The notes under the pieces are model-generated. The model ran no database searches and was not told the origin of the DNA. It was given only the letters and a program-made list of their open reading frames with translations. A stretch of DNA of 64,000 nucleotides, from NCBI RefSeq assembly GCF_006345805.1, contig NC_043010.1:41416001-41480000 (forward strand). Direction: 5' to 3'. Positions 1 through 12,185 of this stretch are shown here, in pieces. This stretch comes from Octopus sinensis (Eukaryota). The position numbers and the translations under genes are program-made. Within the stretch, counting starts at the first letter, position 1. Each line of letters begins with the position of its first letter.

Positions 1-230
1 TGGGCTGGAGGGTTGTCACCTGAGTGATGCAAATATATTAACTGCCAGGAGTGGGGACTCACCAACAAATGGTGGATGCAGCAACATGCTGTTAAAGTGC
101 ATGCCTCCATACCACAATTGCTAGTCTCATATGAGACTATGTTACAGAATCTTTTAGGCTTTGTATGTAAGGTGTAATATATCAGCGCAAATGTCCTGGA
201 CTTAAACAGCAATAATTTCCCCAGCCAAGT

Positions 231-270
<40 letters not shown>

Positions 271-429
271 ATGTATCTATCGATTTATCTATCTATATAT
301 TGAGGGAAAAACAAGGAGAAAAATGGAGAATAAATGGATGTGACTACTGATTCATTTGCATGTTGTAGAAAGATGATGTTTTTAATAAAAAAAAATCACT
401 ACAAATAAATTGGAAGTTGAAAGCTCAAC

Positions 430-1300
430 ACAGTTAAGAAAAAAAACGTAAGAAGAACCTACATATATGTTTCTGCCAAACCAATAAGTAGTTGAGAATT
501 TCCAAAGGGAAGAAGTCCAAGGCGCTTTAAGTGTGGGCAAAAGGCCCATGTAAAAGCCACGTGCCCACAGGTCCTACAACTTGAAGCACCGCCGCCATCT
601 ATCATCTCACCACAGTCTGGCGACCCGAAAAAAAGCAAAGGGGAACCACCGTGATTAAACAACCCATCAACCCACCTCAAACTGATGACCCAAAAAAAGA
701 CAGATGGAAGTCACTCAGCACCACAATGGAACAACCCATCAACCCACCACAGACTAACAACCCGAAAGAAAAAAGAAGTTGACCAGCATCACGATGAAAC
801 AACCTATTAACCCATCACAAAGTGACAACCCGAAAGAAAAAAAGAAGTCGACCAACACCACCAAAAGGTAGCCCACATCAAATGTTCCACAGAGGGAATC
901 GGGGAACCCCAAGACGGGCACCTCAAAGGAACTACCAACAACCTTGTTCGAGGAGAGCGACGATGGATGGACGATGGTCAAAAAGAGACGAAAAATGAAA
1001 GGCATCCCCCTCGCACATCAAAAAAAAAATACCACCAAAGAACACCAAAAACCCGCATCAACAACATACACACACAAACCACAAGCATCCTACTCAATTA
1101 CCTCACACAAAGAACTCATCAAAAACAAAGACAACCAAAAACCACACCATACACACACAAAACACAAACATCCTATTCATTTTCCCACCAAACCACATAT
1201 AATCTATTCACATAAGATATATCACCGCCAGCAACACCGGAAAAACCCACCTTAGATAAACATGCATACAGAAATTCACGTGTTACCCCATATTTAGCCC
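430..1300 (+). mobile_element. Decayed Tx1/L1-clade LINE ORF1 (gag-like) remnant
   Basis: 508-570 translates to GRSPRRFKCGQKAHVKATCPQ, a degenerate CCHC zinc knuckle; followed by Thr/Lys-rich sequence and a GWTMVKKRRK motif; lies just upstream of an RT remnant. Confidence 0.6.
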
Positions 1301-1394
1301 CACCACACCCGAACACTAGCGAACTCAAAAGACAATGCAAAGTTCTTTTTCATCAATTCGTACACGTTATTTAATCCTATGTTAATTCAACCCA

Positions 1395-3312
1395 TTTTGT
1401 CTGGTGGAGGGGGGTCGTAGTGCTTCTTAGAAAGAATCCAAAGAAGGGGGACTACATGGATAATTTCTGGTCCATCACTATGCTCAACGCAGAGCTGGAG
1501 ACTTTGGCTAAAGTGCTGGCGAAGAGGTTGGCGCGTGTCGTGGATAAACTGGTTGGGATGGCGCACACATGCGCCATTCCAAACAGAACAATACACGACA
1601 ATCACCACCTCATGCACTTCACTATAGAGAGAGTGGCTAGAATTCCTGGCACAGAAGGGACTCTGGTCTATTTAGAAAGACTAAGGCGTCCTATAGAGCT
1701 GAAAATCGGTATCTGGCGGCGGTTCTCGAGGCAGCTGGGTTTGGCCCGGACATTAGCGGCTGGGTCACCGCCTTTTACAGTAACATTCAATCAGTTGTTC
1801 GGGTGAACGAATTTCGATCAGAGCCATTCTGCACTGAGCGCTCGGTTCGCAAGGGTGCCTTCTCTCCTACCTCCTGTACGCTCTGGCCCTTAAGCCATTA
1901 CTGCAGAAAATGGAGTCGCTGAGAGGAATCCCGCGTGATCTGGGATGCGGGAGGACAGTGACAGCGTACGCAGACGACATCACCGTCATGGTATCCAGTG
2001 AAAACCACCTGCAACAATTAGGATTCTATCTAGATAGTGAGCCGGTGTGGTCGCCGTTAGTTAAACTAGTTTAGTGAGCTGAACCCGTGGATCAGGCGAA
2101 GATATAGGTTGGGTGCTTGGCAAGCGAAGTGCCGTCAGACCCTCTCGCTTCTCTCCCAGACGGGAAATGTCAGCGGCGGCGATTTCACCTCATCCTTCTA
2201 TAGAGGATTAGTAGCGGGCAAGTGTAATGACGTCCTAGGGGAGACCCTGGGTTTCGATGACAGTCAACTTGTCGGTCTATTCCGAAGGACTTTCGGAGGA
2301 CTATGGATAACTATCAAAAACCCTAGCCTGACAATGCTGCAAAAAAGCGTTACCCGTTTGAAATAAACTTTTTACACATGGTAGTTCAACTACGCCAACA
2401 TGTCCGAGATGCGAGCGGAGCAGTGAAACTGTTCTGCACGCAATCGTGCAGTGCCCGCGGATATCAGAACTCTGGGTTTATGTCGAACGCCTGCTGTCAC
2501 GCATAGGAGTAGCACAGTTGTCAACCGAGTCCATTATCAAGATTGTTCCATCACCTTTCCTCGACAAAAGAAGACAGGCAACTTTTCTCTGCCTAATGGC
2601 TATCGCGAAAGAGGTCGTATTGCTGACACGTGTGAAAGGAATCGTAACAGGCTTCTTTTTCTCTAGCCTTGGCTTAATAACTTATTTCAAATTTCAGCTA
2701 AAGAGAAAAATAAAGATAGAGACAAAATCCGTGCCTTCGCGTAAATTTGCAGCTAGATAGATGACAATGGCGCGCTTGATAAATATGAATGAGTGTGAAC
2801 ACCTTAAAAGACTCCGCCGGTTACGACGACCAGGGTCCCAGCTGATACGATCAACGGAACAGCTTGCTCGTGAAATTAACGTACAAATGGCTGAGCATTC
2901 CACAGACACGTGTACCCTTAACGTAGTTCTCGGGGATAATCAGCGTGACACAGAGAGTGACAAGGCTGACCCATTGAAATACAAGTACAACTCATTTTTG
3001 CCAGCTGAGTGGACTGGAGCAACGTGAAATAAAGTGTCTTGCTCAAGGACACAACGCGTCGCCGGGAATCGAACTCACAACCTTACGATCATGAGCCGAA
3101 TGCCCTAACCACTAAGCCACGCGCCCTCACGTGTGAACACCTACGGTTTCAAAAAGATCAGTGATGGAACGTGGCTTGTCTCCGTGTCCCTAACTTCATT
3201 TTTTTTTTATTATTCATTCATCTTTCACCTTTTTACCCTCATGTTGTTTATTTAACACCCATGTTTGTCTGCCCTGTATTCTCCCCTCTTTGTATATGGC
3301 GAATTAAAAATA
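1395..3312 (+). mobile_element. Decayed Tx1/L1-clade LINE ORF2 (RT to C-terminal Zn domain) plus 3' tail, interrupted by a SINE
   Basis: DNFWSITMLNAELETLAKVLAKRL...TCAIPNRTIHDN; AYADDI at about 1965-1982; CPRCERSSETVLHAIVQCPR at about 2401-2460; frameshifts and stops. Confidence 0.85.
2805..3130 (-). mobile_element. tRNA-derived SINE (family C) with 12-bp target-site duplication
   Basis: Minus-strand head with A box TGGCTTAGTGG and B box GAGTTCGATTCC; flanked by the direct repeat GTGTGAACACCT at 2793-2804 and 3131-3142. Confidence 0.9.
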
Positions 3313-3318
3313 AGTGTC

Positions 3319-3540
3319 TTATTACTTAACACACTCACCGGTTCGTTGAAATCTTGACACAATACAACGAAATTTTTTACAAAAAAATAAACAAGCAAAT
3401 GAGTGGAAATCGAACCGGTGTGTGTGTTAAGTAATAAGGCACTAAAAGAAAATGACTCTCCCCAGACCCAATAAAATATGCTTTAACACAAGAATTCACA
3501 TAAAGAAACATGCAAACCAAATACAAAAACGAAATATACA
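3319..3540. repeat. Partial foldback repeat of the same family as 14315-14580
   Basis: TTATTACTTAACACACTCACCGGT ... ACCGGTGTGTGTGTTAAGTAATAA inverted arms; matches 14460-14580. Confidence 0.75.
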
Positions 3541-3551
3541 TATATATAAAT

Positions 3552-3586
<35 letters not shown>

Positions 3587-3595
3587 CACGATATA

Positions 3596-3712
3596 CACGA
3601 CATCTTTCAGTTTCTGTCTACCAAATCCATTCATAAGGTTTTGGTCGGCTGAAGCTACAGTGGAAGACACCCAAGATGCCACGCAGTGGGACTGAACCAC
3701 CTGGAACCATGT
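3596..3712 (-). mobile_element. SINE family A fragment
   Basis: Matches the 5' part of the element at 13051-13473. Confidence 0.75.
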
Positions 3713-3779
3713 GTGTGTATATATGTACACACACACACACACCACACACGCGCGGCGCACACATGTATATGTATGTGTG

Positions 3780-3823
<44 letters not shown>

Positions 3824-3893
3824 TGTATGCATAATTTCTTCCACAGTTAAAATTATTACAACATGAAAAAGGCTGTAAAACGGCCTATGGATG

Positions 3894-3927
<34 letters not shown>

Positions 3928-3928
<1 letters not shown>

Positions 3929-4045
3929 ACAAGAATCTCTTCGGTAATTTGGTACGATCGTTTCACGCTACATCATTTTATTAAACATTTAATAAAATGA
4001 AGTAGCGTGAAACGATCGTACCAAATTACCGAAGATTTTCTTGTT
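3928..4045. repeat. Near-perfect palindrome carrying the HHR 3' half (GAAAC-GATC-GTA) on each arm
   Basis: About 57-bp inverted arms centred near 3986; adjacent to (TA)n. Confidence 0.85.
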
Positions 4046-4532
4046 CCTTATTTTGATTATAATCACCCCATGGATTTATATGGATAACACCATACAAAAG
4101 TCTGGTGCATCTAACTTAAGTACCATATTCATTTGAATCTAAATTTTGCTGAACGTATATATATGTATATATATATTTAAGTAGGTGAATGAATTATCCT
4201 AATATGGAAAATTCGGTTAACAGATACCTGGGTAGCAAATTCAGGTACATTCTACTGCTCATAACACAATAAATTGTCCCAACTATGTACAACACACCAG
4301 AACAAATAAACCAAACAGTTCACTTGTTTCAACGAAGATCGCTAGGGAACTTTTTACCGCTTTAGATAAATGTTTCCCAAAATCAAATAAATACCATGCT
4401 ATTTACACGTATGTTACCTTCACACAGTGAAGGCATCATATGCTAACTCTATTAATTTAGAGCAGCATATGCACTGCATCAATAACAGTAAAAATCAACT
4501 ATTGAATAACTCACTCACTGGAACTATAACTT

Positions 4533-4965
4533 ATGACGTGCGAACTACTTCTGGTTCGACAAATAGAAAGACAGCAAATATATACGCTCGACCTTTATTC
4601 TCTCGAAAAACGACGACGCCGTGGTGATCTCATTCTCGCTCACAACATCATAAGCGGAAAGTGTAACCTCTCGAAAGAGCTGTTCTTCACTCCTGCTCCA
4701 GAGCGTCGGCTGCGGGGTCACTCCGAAAAGCTCTATCTACGACGATTTCATCTCAATCGAAGGAGAGGGGCTTTCTCCGTCCGGGTTGCGGGTCCGTGGA
4801 ATAAACTGCCGGGCGAGATGGTGAAGATGTCGACGACCACTCGGTTCAAAGTCTCTCTTGACCAGAAATAGCCTGAACTCTTTGTATGACCACCCTCCCT
4901 GTACATAACTCCCTGTCCCCCTACATGGCCTTGCTTTTGCTTTTTGAGCCAATGAAAATTGAATT
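4533..4965 (+). mobile_element. CR1-clade LINE 3' end
   Basis: LYSLEKRRRRGDLI...RLRGHSEKL...RRGAFSVRVAGPWNKLP...FKVSLD, the typical CR1 ORF2 C-terminus. Confidence 0.85.
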
Positions 4966-5888
4966 GAAAAAAACCCCATCAAAATGGAAATACCAATTAG
5001 AATAGAAACACCTGCTACGGCTACATCGTGATAGTAGGATTAATAGAGATATAGCCTAGACGGTAACAGCGTCGAAAAATGAAGTCAGCACGGTCATAAA
5101 TACAACTAAATCTAATAAATGTTCATGCAGAGGAAAAAAACCCAATGACGAATCTGTATGATTACGAATCTTGTTTATAAATACACCGTAAACACAAGGA
5201 CCGTACGTTTACATTGGGGCAACTGCGGAGTAATTCAAGAATCGTTATCGCAACCATGTTGCCAGATTCAAGAACACCAACAAGGGGCATTCGCCATCTA
5301 TGGCTGATTTTTGTGTGGCGACTTAAGGAGGTTGGAATTAAATAACTTGGCCCATAACAAGGCACACACAACCGAATAGGAGATACAGACTCTGCTCCGA
5401 GGAATCCTTGTCTATTTTGTGGACCAATGAGGTCATTAATAAGATTTCTGAAATACTCTCAAGATGCTTATATGCTAGTAAATGCACTTTCGTTCAATGA
5501 AATGAGAATGAATTTGAGTAATGGTTAACCAAATTAATAACGATAATTTATCTTACGGTCTGGGCGAATTAATTGCAACCTCCCCATTCTTATTAACACA
5601 AAGTATCTATTTAATTCACTGTGTGGGCGTATGTACGCCAAATCACAAGTTTGTACGAGTGAATGTACATGTAGCATACAACCTAAGTGAGGTCGTTTAT
5701 ACATCCATATTTGCTAACGGTTATATTTAATACTTTTTTATTGCATTGTTTGTTTCTTTTTGCACCTAATACCCATTATCGATCTTCTATAATAATGAAG
5801 CTGTATCCCTTAATTTGCTGCTTTTGTATACACGTACCGAGAAGAAAACTTGCTAAACAGACTTTATTTTAATGAAATATATCTTGTA

Positions 5889-5994
5889 ATCACCTGAAGA
5901 GACACATCTACACAAACAGATTCTCCTAAACTAGTTGTTCAGTATCCCGTCTGTGAAGGATCGACGCTAGATGGGTCGAAACGATTGTAGTGAT
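5889..5994 (+). ncRNA. Type I hammerhead ribozyme
   Basis: ATCAC-CTGAAGA-GACACATCTA...TAGATGGGTC-GAAAC-GATT-GTA-GTGAT: helix I, complete core, helix II, minimal helix III. Confidence 0.8.
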
Positions 5995-6053
5995 CAATAA
6001 ACATTCTAGCATCTTCTATCTTTCGTCTCTCTCGTTAATCAAATATGTCTGTC

Positions 6054-6095
<42 letters not shown>

Positions 6096-6127
6096 ATATA
6101 TATATAATATATATATACACACACACA

Positions 6128-7245
6128 ATGGGACAAGAACGCAAAACATCCAGGCAGGTGATACAAAGAAAGGGACAACAAAACATCCAGATAGACAATT
6201 CAAAGAAAACAAGGACGGGTTATAAGGAGTTTTCTTTCCTCATTCGAGTTCCAGATTATCTTTCCATTTTCGGATGGTTATACTCGAGATTTCTCCAATC
6301 CGGCCAGCTCCAAGGAAAAACTAAGCTAAGAGCATTAGATTCCTTGGAAGAAAGCAGCGAATGTATACGAAAACAAGGACGGAAAAAACGGAGAATGTTA
6401 CACTAATACAAATAACAGGACATAACAACAGGTGTCTTTCGACTTAAAACGAATTAAATTAAGCTGTAAGGTGGCGTGTGTGGAAGTAAAGCCTTGCGGC
6501 AGGGATACAAGATTTCACAGACACAGAGAGGAATATAGATGTTGCACGGATGCCGGCCGAACCAAGAAAGAAAGGTCAGACTTGGTCGAACACCGGTCAT
6601 GTGGGGAGAGAAGAGAGAGAGAGGTAGAGGCAGAGGGGCGAGAAAAATTACCGGGACACAGTGAAATGAAAAGAGGGGGGAAAGTGAGCATGAAGAGAAG
6701 GCAAGGAAATGTGAGTTTCGGCCTGTTACAGTTGAGACTGTTCAAAATTGCTAGACCCCAAATATCTAAGCTAAGAGCTTTAAATCTTTGGAAGAAAGCG
6801 AGCGAATATGTGCGACAACACGTGCAAAGGAACGAGAAAACTGAGAAAATGTTACACGATTACAAATACAAGCAACAAGAACAACAACAGGTGTTAAGTG
6901 GAAGCCTTGCCGCAACAAACATAGATGAAAGTCAGGAGACAGGAAAATTAAGGTGTTGTGCGAGCAGCGGTCAGGCCAAGAAAGACAGATCATACTTGGC
7001 TTAGCACCGATCACGTGGGAGGAACAGAGAGAGTTAGTGAGCAAAGGGATTGAAGACTTAGGAAAGGAACAAGACAGAGAGAGAGAGGGGGGGACAGAAG
7101 GAAAGGTACAAGTGACATAACAGAGGAAAGTACAGAGATTAAAGAAAGAGAATGCCAAGAAAGTGGGATATGGAAAGTGAAAAAAGAAAAGAGGAAAGAA
7201 AGAAGAAAGTCGTACAGAATTTAGATATATACTTACAAGATGAGC
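6128..7245. repeat. Interspersed repeat family (ATGGGACAAGAACGCAAAACATCC...), class uncertain, possibly PLE-derived
   Basis: Homologous to 15052-15239 and 59900-60755; flanked by TA/CA microsatellites; internal duplication at about 6320-6480 and 6760-6920. Confidence 0.7.
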
Positions 7246-7251
7246 ATATAT

Positions 7252-7312
<61 letters not shown>

Positions 7313-7388
7313 TTGGTAAGCAAACTACCCATCACACAGACACTCTTGCGCCTATGATATATATATATATATATATATATATATCATA

Positions 7389-7771
7389 GGTGCAGGAGTG
7401 TCTGTGTGGTAGGTGGTTTGCTTACCAACCACATGGTTCCGGGTTCAGTCCCACTGCGTGGCACCTTGGGCGAGTGTCTTCTACTAGAGCCTCGAGCCAG
7501 CCGAAGCCTTGTGAGTGGATTTGGTGGACAAAATCTGAAAAAACCTCGTCGTATATATATATATTTGTATGTGCCTGTTTGTCCCCCCCACCATCGCTTG
7601 ACAACCAATGTTGGTGTGTTTATGTCCCTGTTACCAGGCAGTTCGGCAGAAATGACAGATAGAATAAGTACTAGGCTTACAAAGAATAAATCTTGGGTTC
7701 GATTTGCTCGAGTAAAGGTAGTGCTCCAGCATGGCTGCAGTCAAATGACTGAAACAAACAGATCAAAAGAA
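7389..7771 (+). mobile_element. tRNA-derived SINE family A
   Basis: Head GGAGTGTCTGTGTGGTAG, B-box-like GGGTTCAGTCCC, internal TA/TG tract, tail ...CAAATGACTGAAACAA. Confidence 0.9.
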
Positions 7772-7787
7772 TATACATATATATATA

Positions 7788-8170
7788 TTCTTTTATTCTT
7801 TTGGTAGTTTCAGTAATTTGACTGCGGCCATGCTGGAGCACCGCCTTTTAGTCGGAAAAATCAACCCCAGAACTTATTCTTTGTAAGCCTAGTACTTATT
7901 CTATCCGTCTGTTTTGTCGAACCGATAGATTACGGGGACGTAAATACACCAGCATCGGTCGTCAAGTTATGGAGGAGGGACAAACACAGACACACAAACA
8001 CACACACACACGCGCGCGCACACATAAACGACAAGCTTCTTTCAGTTTCCGTTTACAAAATCCGCTAAAGCCTGAGGCTATACTAGAAGACACTTGCCCA
8101 AGGTGCCACGCAGTGGGACTGAACCCGGTACCATGTGGCTGGTAAGCAAGCTACTTACCACACAGCCACA
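7788..8170 (-). mobile_element. SINE family A, inverted relative to the previous copy
   Basis: Reverse complement of the family A consensus. Confidence 0.9.
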
Positions 8171-8499
8171 TATATCGGAAGTAGTTCATATATCCGAAAA
8201 AGAAGTACACTCTAAAACATTAGAGCTGTGATATAATTATTTAAAGTTGGTTGTGTGCCATCGGCCATTTAAGTCTCACGAGTCACCTATACAGCTAAGT
8301 ACTTTATAGGTGCGAAACCAATGATCACTCTCTGACCGGCCAAATCAACCAGCTTTAAATAATTATATGTATACATATATGCGAGCGCACACACACACAC
8401 ACCACACACACACACACACACAAATACACACATATATATATATGTATACATGCAGTTGTTTATATACGTTACTTGGGAATTCTCAACTATATGCACTAG

Positions 8500-8748
8500 T
8501 AGATAGATCAGATGATGCTGTTGCTGCTGTTGTTGAGCGTAGCGGTCTTCGTCCAATGGGAGAAGTCCGAAATGTGGTCCTTTGCTATTCGTAAGACCCG
8601 CAGAAGAGAAAGCAGATCAACCTCCGACACCGAGAGCATCGACGAATGGATGAATGCGCATCCAGGCTCAGCGTTTGAGTAGGAAGTCGGGGACAAGAAA
8701 CAGGAAGAAAGATTGAGAGAAAATTGGAGCGAAAGAGTACAACAGGGC
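8500..8748 (-). mobile_element. SINE fragment related to family D
   Basis: Shares GAGAGAAA...GCGAAAGAGTACA.CAGGG with 29180-29212. Confidence 0.55.
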
Positions 8749-8762
8749 CTATGAAATAAATA

Positions 8763-9612
8763 TACCTATTTCTTTACTACCCACGAGGGGCTAAACACAG
8801 AGAGAACAAACAAGGAGACAAACAGATTAAGTCGATTACATCGACCCTAGTGCGCAACTGGTACTTATTTAATCGACCCCGAAGGGATATAAGGCAAAGT
8901 CGACCTCGGCGGAATTTGAACTCAGAACGTAGCGGTAGTCGAAATACCGCTAAGCATTTCGCCCGGCGCGCTAACGTTTCTGCCAGCTCGCTACCTTGCA
9001 TAAACATATGAAATAAATATACCTATTTCTTTACTACCCACAAGGAGCTAAACACAGAGAAGACAAACAAGGACAGACAAACGGATTAAGTAGATTACAT
9101 CGGATCCAGTGCACAACTGGTACTAATTTAATCGACCCCGAAAGGATGAAAGGCAATGTCGACCTCGGCGGAATTTGAACTCAGAACGTAGCAGCAGACG
9201 AAATACCTATTTCCTTACTACCCACAAGGGGCTAAACACAGAGAGGACAAACAAGGACAGGCAAACGGATTAAATCGATTACATCGACCCCAGTGCGCAA
9301 CTAGTACTTATTTAATCGACCCCCGAAAGGATTAAAGGCAAAGTCGACCTCGGCGGAATTTGAACTCAGACGAAATACCTATTTCTTTACTACCCACAAG
9401 GGGCTAAACACAGAGAGGTACAAACAAGGACAGACAAACCGATTAAGTCGATTATATCGACCCCAGTGCACAACTGGTACTTATTTAATCGACCCCGAAA
9501 GGATGAAAGGCAAAGTCGACCTCGGCGGAATTTGAACTCAGAACGTAGCGGCAGACGAAATACCGCTAAGCATTTCGCCCGGCACGCTAACGTTTCTGCC
9601 AGCTGGCCACCC
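8763..9612 (-). mobile_element. SINE family B: one monomer plus a tandem multimer
   Basis: Heads (G/C)AGCTGGCAGAAACGTTAGC at about 8990 and 9605; about 180-bp units containing GAGTTCAAATTCCGCCGAGGTCGACTTTGCCTTTCATCC. Confidence 0.9.
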
Positions 9613-10065
9613 TGCATAAACATATGAAATAAATATACCACTACACAGTCACACAGGCGTGCACGCACGTGCATGTACATGCAGTTGTTTATGAGCGTGT
9701 GTTTTTATAAGTTAGTACTACGTTCTATCGCGTCAGCAGTGCTTCTTAGATTATTTTGTTAAGGTTATGTCTACAGATATCCTATAGAACTTATAGGCAG
9801 CACGGTATGAAAAGTTGTAGCAAAAATCAGTGCTGGGTGTAAGTTCTCTTGAAAATCTGCAGAATTAACATTAACAAAATAAAGCATAAATATATGTATG
9901 CATGTGTAGGTGTGCGTGCACGCGCGTGTGTATTCAACAACGACAATGGTTGTACAGGTATCAAACGTTATATCGGACTGTGAAAGGAAAATTTAAATCC
10001 AGGTATAGCAACTATCTTTCGAATTTTAGGTACCTTGACTAGTTTCGACATCAAATGGAAAAATC

Positions 10066-10499
10066 CTCTCTTTTCGGTTTGACCGGCAGTTTTTTTCTAG
10101 CGGCGTCATATGAAATTGTCACCCATAATTATGACCCTAGTATCGATCTATTGCATTTCAATCTCTTTTAGGGTTAGGGTTAGAGTTAGGGTTAGTTAGA
10201 GTTATGGTTAGGGTATCTTTTTTTCTTCACAAATGTAAATAAATCCAATCTGTTTCTTAAACGAGGGACATATTCATACGGCACAGAATGTTTTCACCTC
10301 AATAGACGTCATTGATTGGTTGAAATTGCAGAAATTGAAGAAAAAGCAACAACAAATATCTTACAAACTATAGAATTTTCTCAATAAAGCCAAGAGAAAA
10401 ATATATTTTATAAACACATTCTACCAGTATACGAAGTTTAAAAGTGTTTAGTTAGATGGAAATTATTTTTAAAAACTGCCGGTCAAACCGAAAAGATCC
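10066..10499. mobile_element. MITE (non-autonomous DNA transposon) with internal TTAGGG-like repeats
   Basis: TIRs TCTTTTCGGTTTGACCGGCAGTTTTT / AAAAACTGCCGGTCAAACCGAAAAGATCC; second copy at 61983-62392. Confidence 0.85.
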
Positions 10500-10927
10500 A
10501 AAATATGTTCAGTATGTTCTCTTAAATTAAAAAAAATTAAAAAATAGAGAAACTCCAACGGATGCATAAATTCGAGGAACGAGATTTTTCTGTATATCTG
10601 TATTTCAAGAAATACATTTTGCCGGAATTTAAAACTAGGCCACCGGACACTTACAAAACCATTCACACCTTGTTTACGCCTGCTTGACATTGTATTATTG
10701 TAAACGTTGGTTATCTCCCTAGTGTTTTTTTTTTATTTTTCTTCTTTTATCTACCGGCGTATCTTGTTTAAATGTTAACAGCTCAAAAGAACAATGACAA
10801 ACGGCCAACTTGATAAACGGCGAAATAAATTATCATTTCGACCAGGAAACGCTGGGTAGCTGTATTTACAAGATTTGTGTTTTTTTATTAAAAGATTATA
10901 CATACATACATACATACATACATACAC

Positions 10928-11332
10928 ATCATTTCATCATCATTGTTCGACCGTGGTCGAGACAATGGAATTTACCATGCTACGCCAGACTTCACGGTCC
11001 ATCATGGCATTACGGAGGTCCTGTTGCTGGATGCCTGTATCCCTGGAGATTACATCAGGGTAGGAGAGTGTGCGCCCTCTGGTATTGCGAGTAGATGGCT
11101 TCCAGAGGAGAAGAGTAGAAATTACTTCTTTTTCAGCTCTACAACAATGTCCAGCAAACTGGACTCTCCTACCTTTCACAAGAGATGACACAGGTGGTAG
11201 TTTCCCATATATTTGCATTTTGGTTGGATGGCGCTTCCACGAGAGATTTTGAGCTCTCATAAAGAGGCGAGTGTAGGTTCCATCCAACCGCCTCTCAAGC
11301 TTCTTTGATAACATCCAGGTTTCTGAGCCATA
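10928..11332 (-). mobile_element. RTE-clade LINE 3' end
   Basis: YGSETWMLSKKLERRLDGTYTRL...RRVQFAGHC...MMDREVWR followed by a (GAT)n-like tail. Confidence 0.85.
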
Positions 11333-11368
11333 CATACACACATACATATACGTACACACACACACACA

Positions 11369-11409
<41 letters not shown>

Positions 11410-11411
<2 letters not shown>

Positions 11412-12185
11412 GTAATATAATATGTGACAGTTATTCGGTTGCCATAATATCACTCCGAGTTTCGGATGTCGGGGTGAAAACCTGCTCCGGCATCTCGTCA
11501 GTTATCGAGGCAATTAAAAAATGCTAGGAAAACGACCGTTAAACAAAGGGAACTTACTATGTAATTGACCGTTATTGAGACAAAAGTGCTATTAGAATGG
11601 CCGTTAAATAAGGGGGAAAAACCGAAGGGGAGAAAGTAAACAAGTAAGGAAGTAAAAATGCTCATAGAAATCGCGTAAGCGCGCATGTACATACATACAT
11701 ACATACACACACATGCACGCACGCACATCCACGTACATGTGCCTATATGCATATGCTCACTCACAGTCGCGTGAAACACTCGCATGTATACCCACATATA
11801 TATGCAACCACACACATGTACATATACACGTACATATATATATATACCCCACACACACATGTGTATATACCCATACGCGCACAAAAAAGTTCATATACAC
11901 ATCTATATACGCACATGCTGAAGATAAATGCAGGGTGAAAGGTAAAATACAGAAGAAAATGTGTAAAAATATATAAAGCGATAAAAATATAAATATATAT
12001 AAATATATATATATATGTATATATAAATATATATGTATATATATACATATATATATATATATATTATGTAAAAATATATATATATAATATAGAGAGATGT
12101 ACGTGGACACAATATAAAAGATCCGAAACTCGGAGACTTATTATGGCAACCGAATAATTGTCACATATTATATTACAAATAAATT
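11410..12185. mobile_element. Element with about 60-bp inverted termini carrying a degenerate HHR (PLE pLTR-like)
   Basis: 11411-11468 is inverted at 12121-12178; minus-strand CTGACGA-GATGCCGG..CCGACATC-C-GAAACTCGGAGT at 11445-11505. Confidence 0.65.

Larger units (their letters stand above)
4180..6010 (+). mobile_element. Penelope-like element 3' remnant (linker, GIY-YIG endonuclease, 3' region with HHR), interrupted by CR1
   Basis: TKIARELFTALDKCFPKSNKYHAI and TVKASYANSINLEQH (PLE linker-like); VYK...VYIGATAE.FKNRYRNHV at about 5172-5260 (GIY-YIG); HHR then AATAAA at the 3' end. Confidence 0.75.

Noticed and set aside
3060-3130. Functional tRNA gene (also 30060-30131)
   Set aside because: The tRNA-like heads continue into SINE bodies, and a TSD is present for the first
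6432-7004. 190-aa ORF
   Set aside because: It lies in a purine-rich repeat family, shows no recognisable domain, and its homologous copy at 59900-60755 is disrupted
10168-10213. Telomere or chromosome fusion site
   Set aside because: Short, degenerate and internal to a MITE
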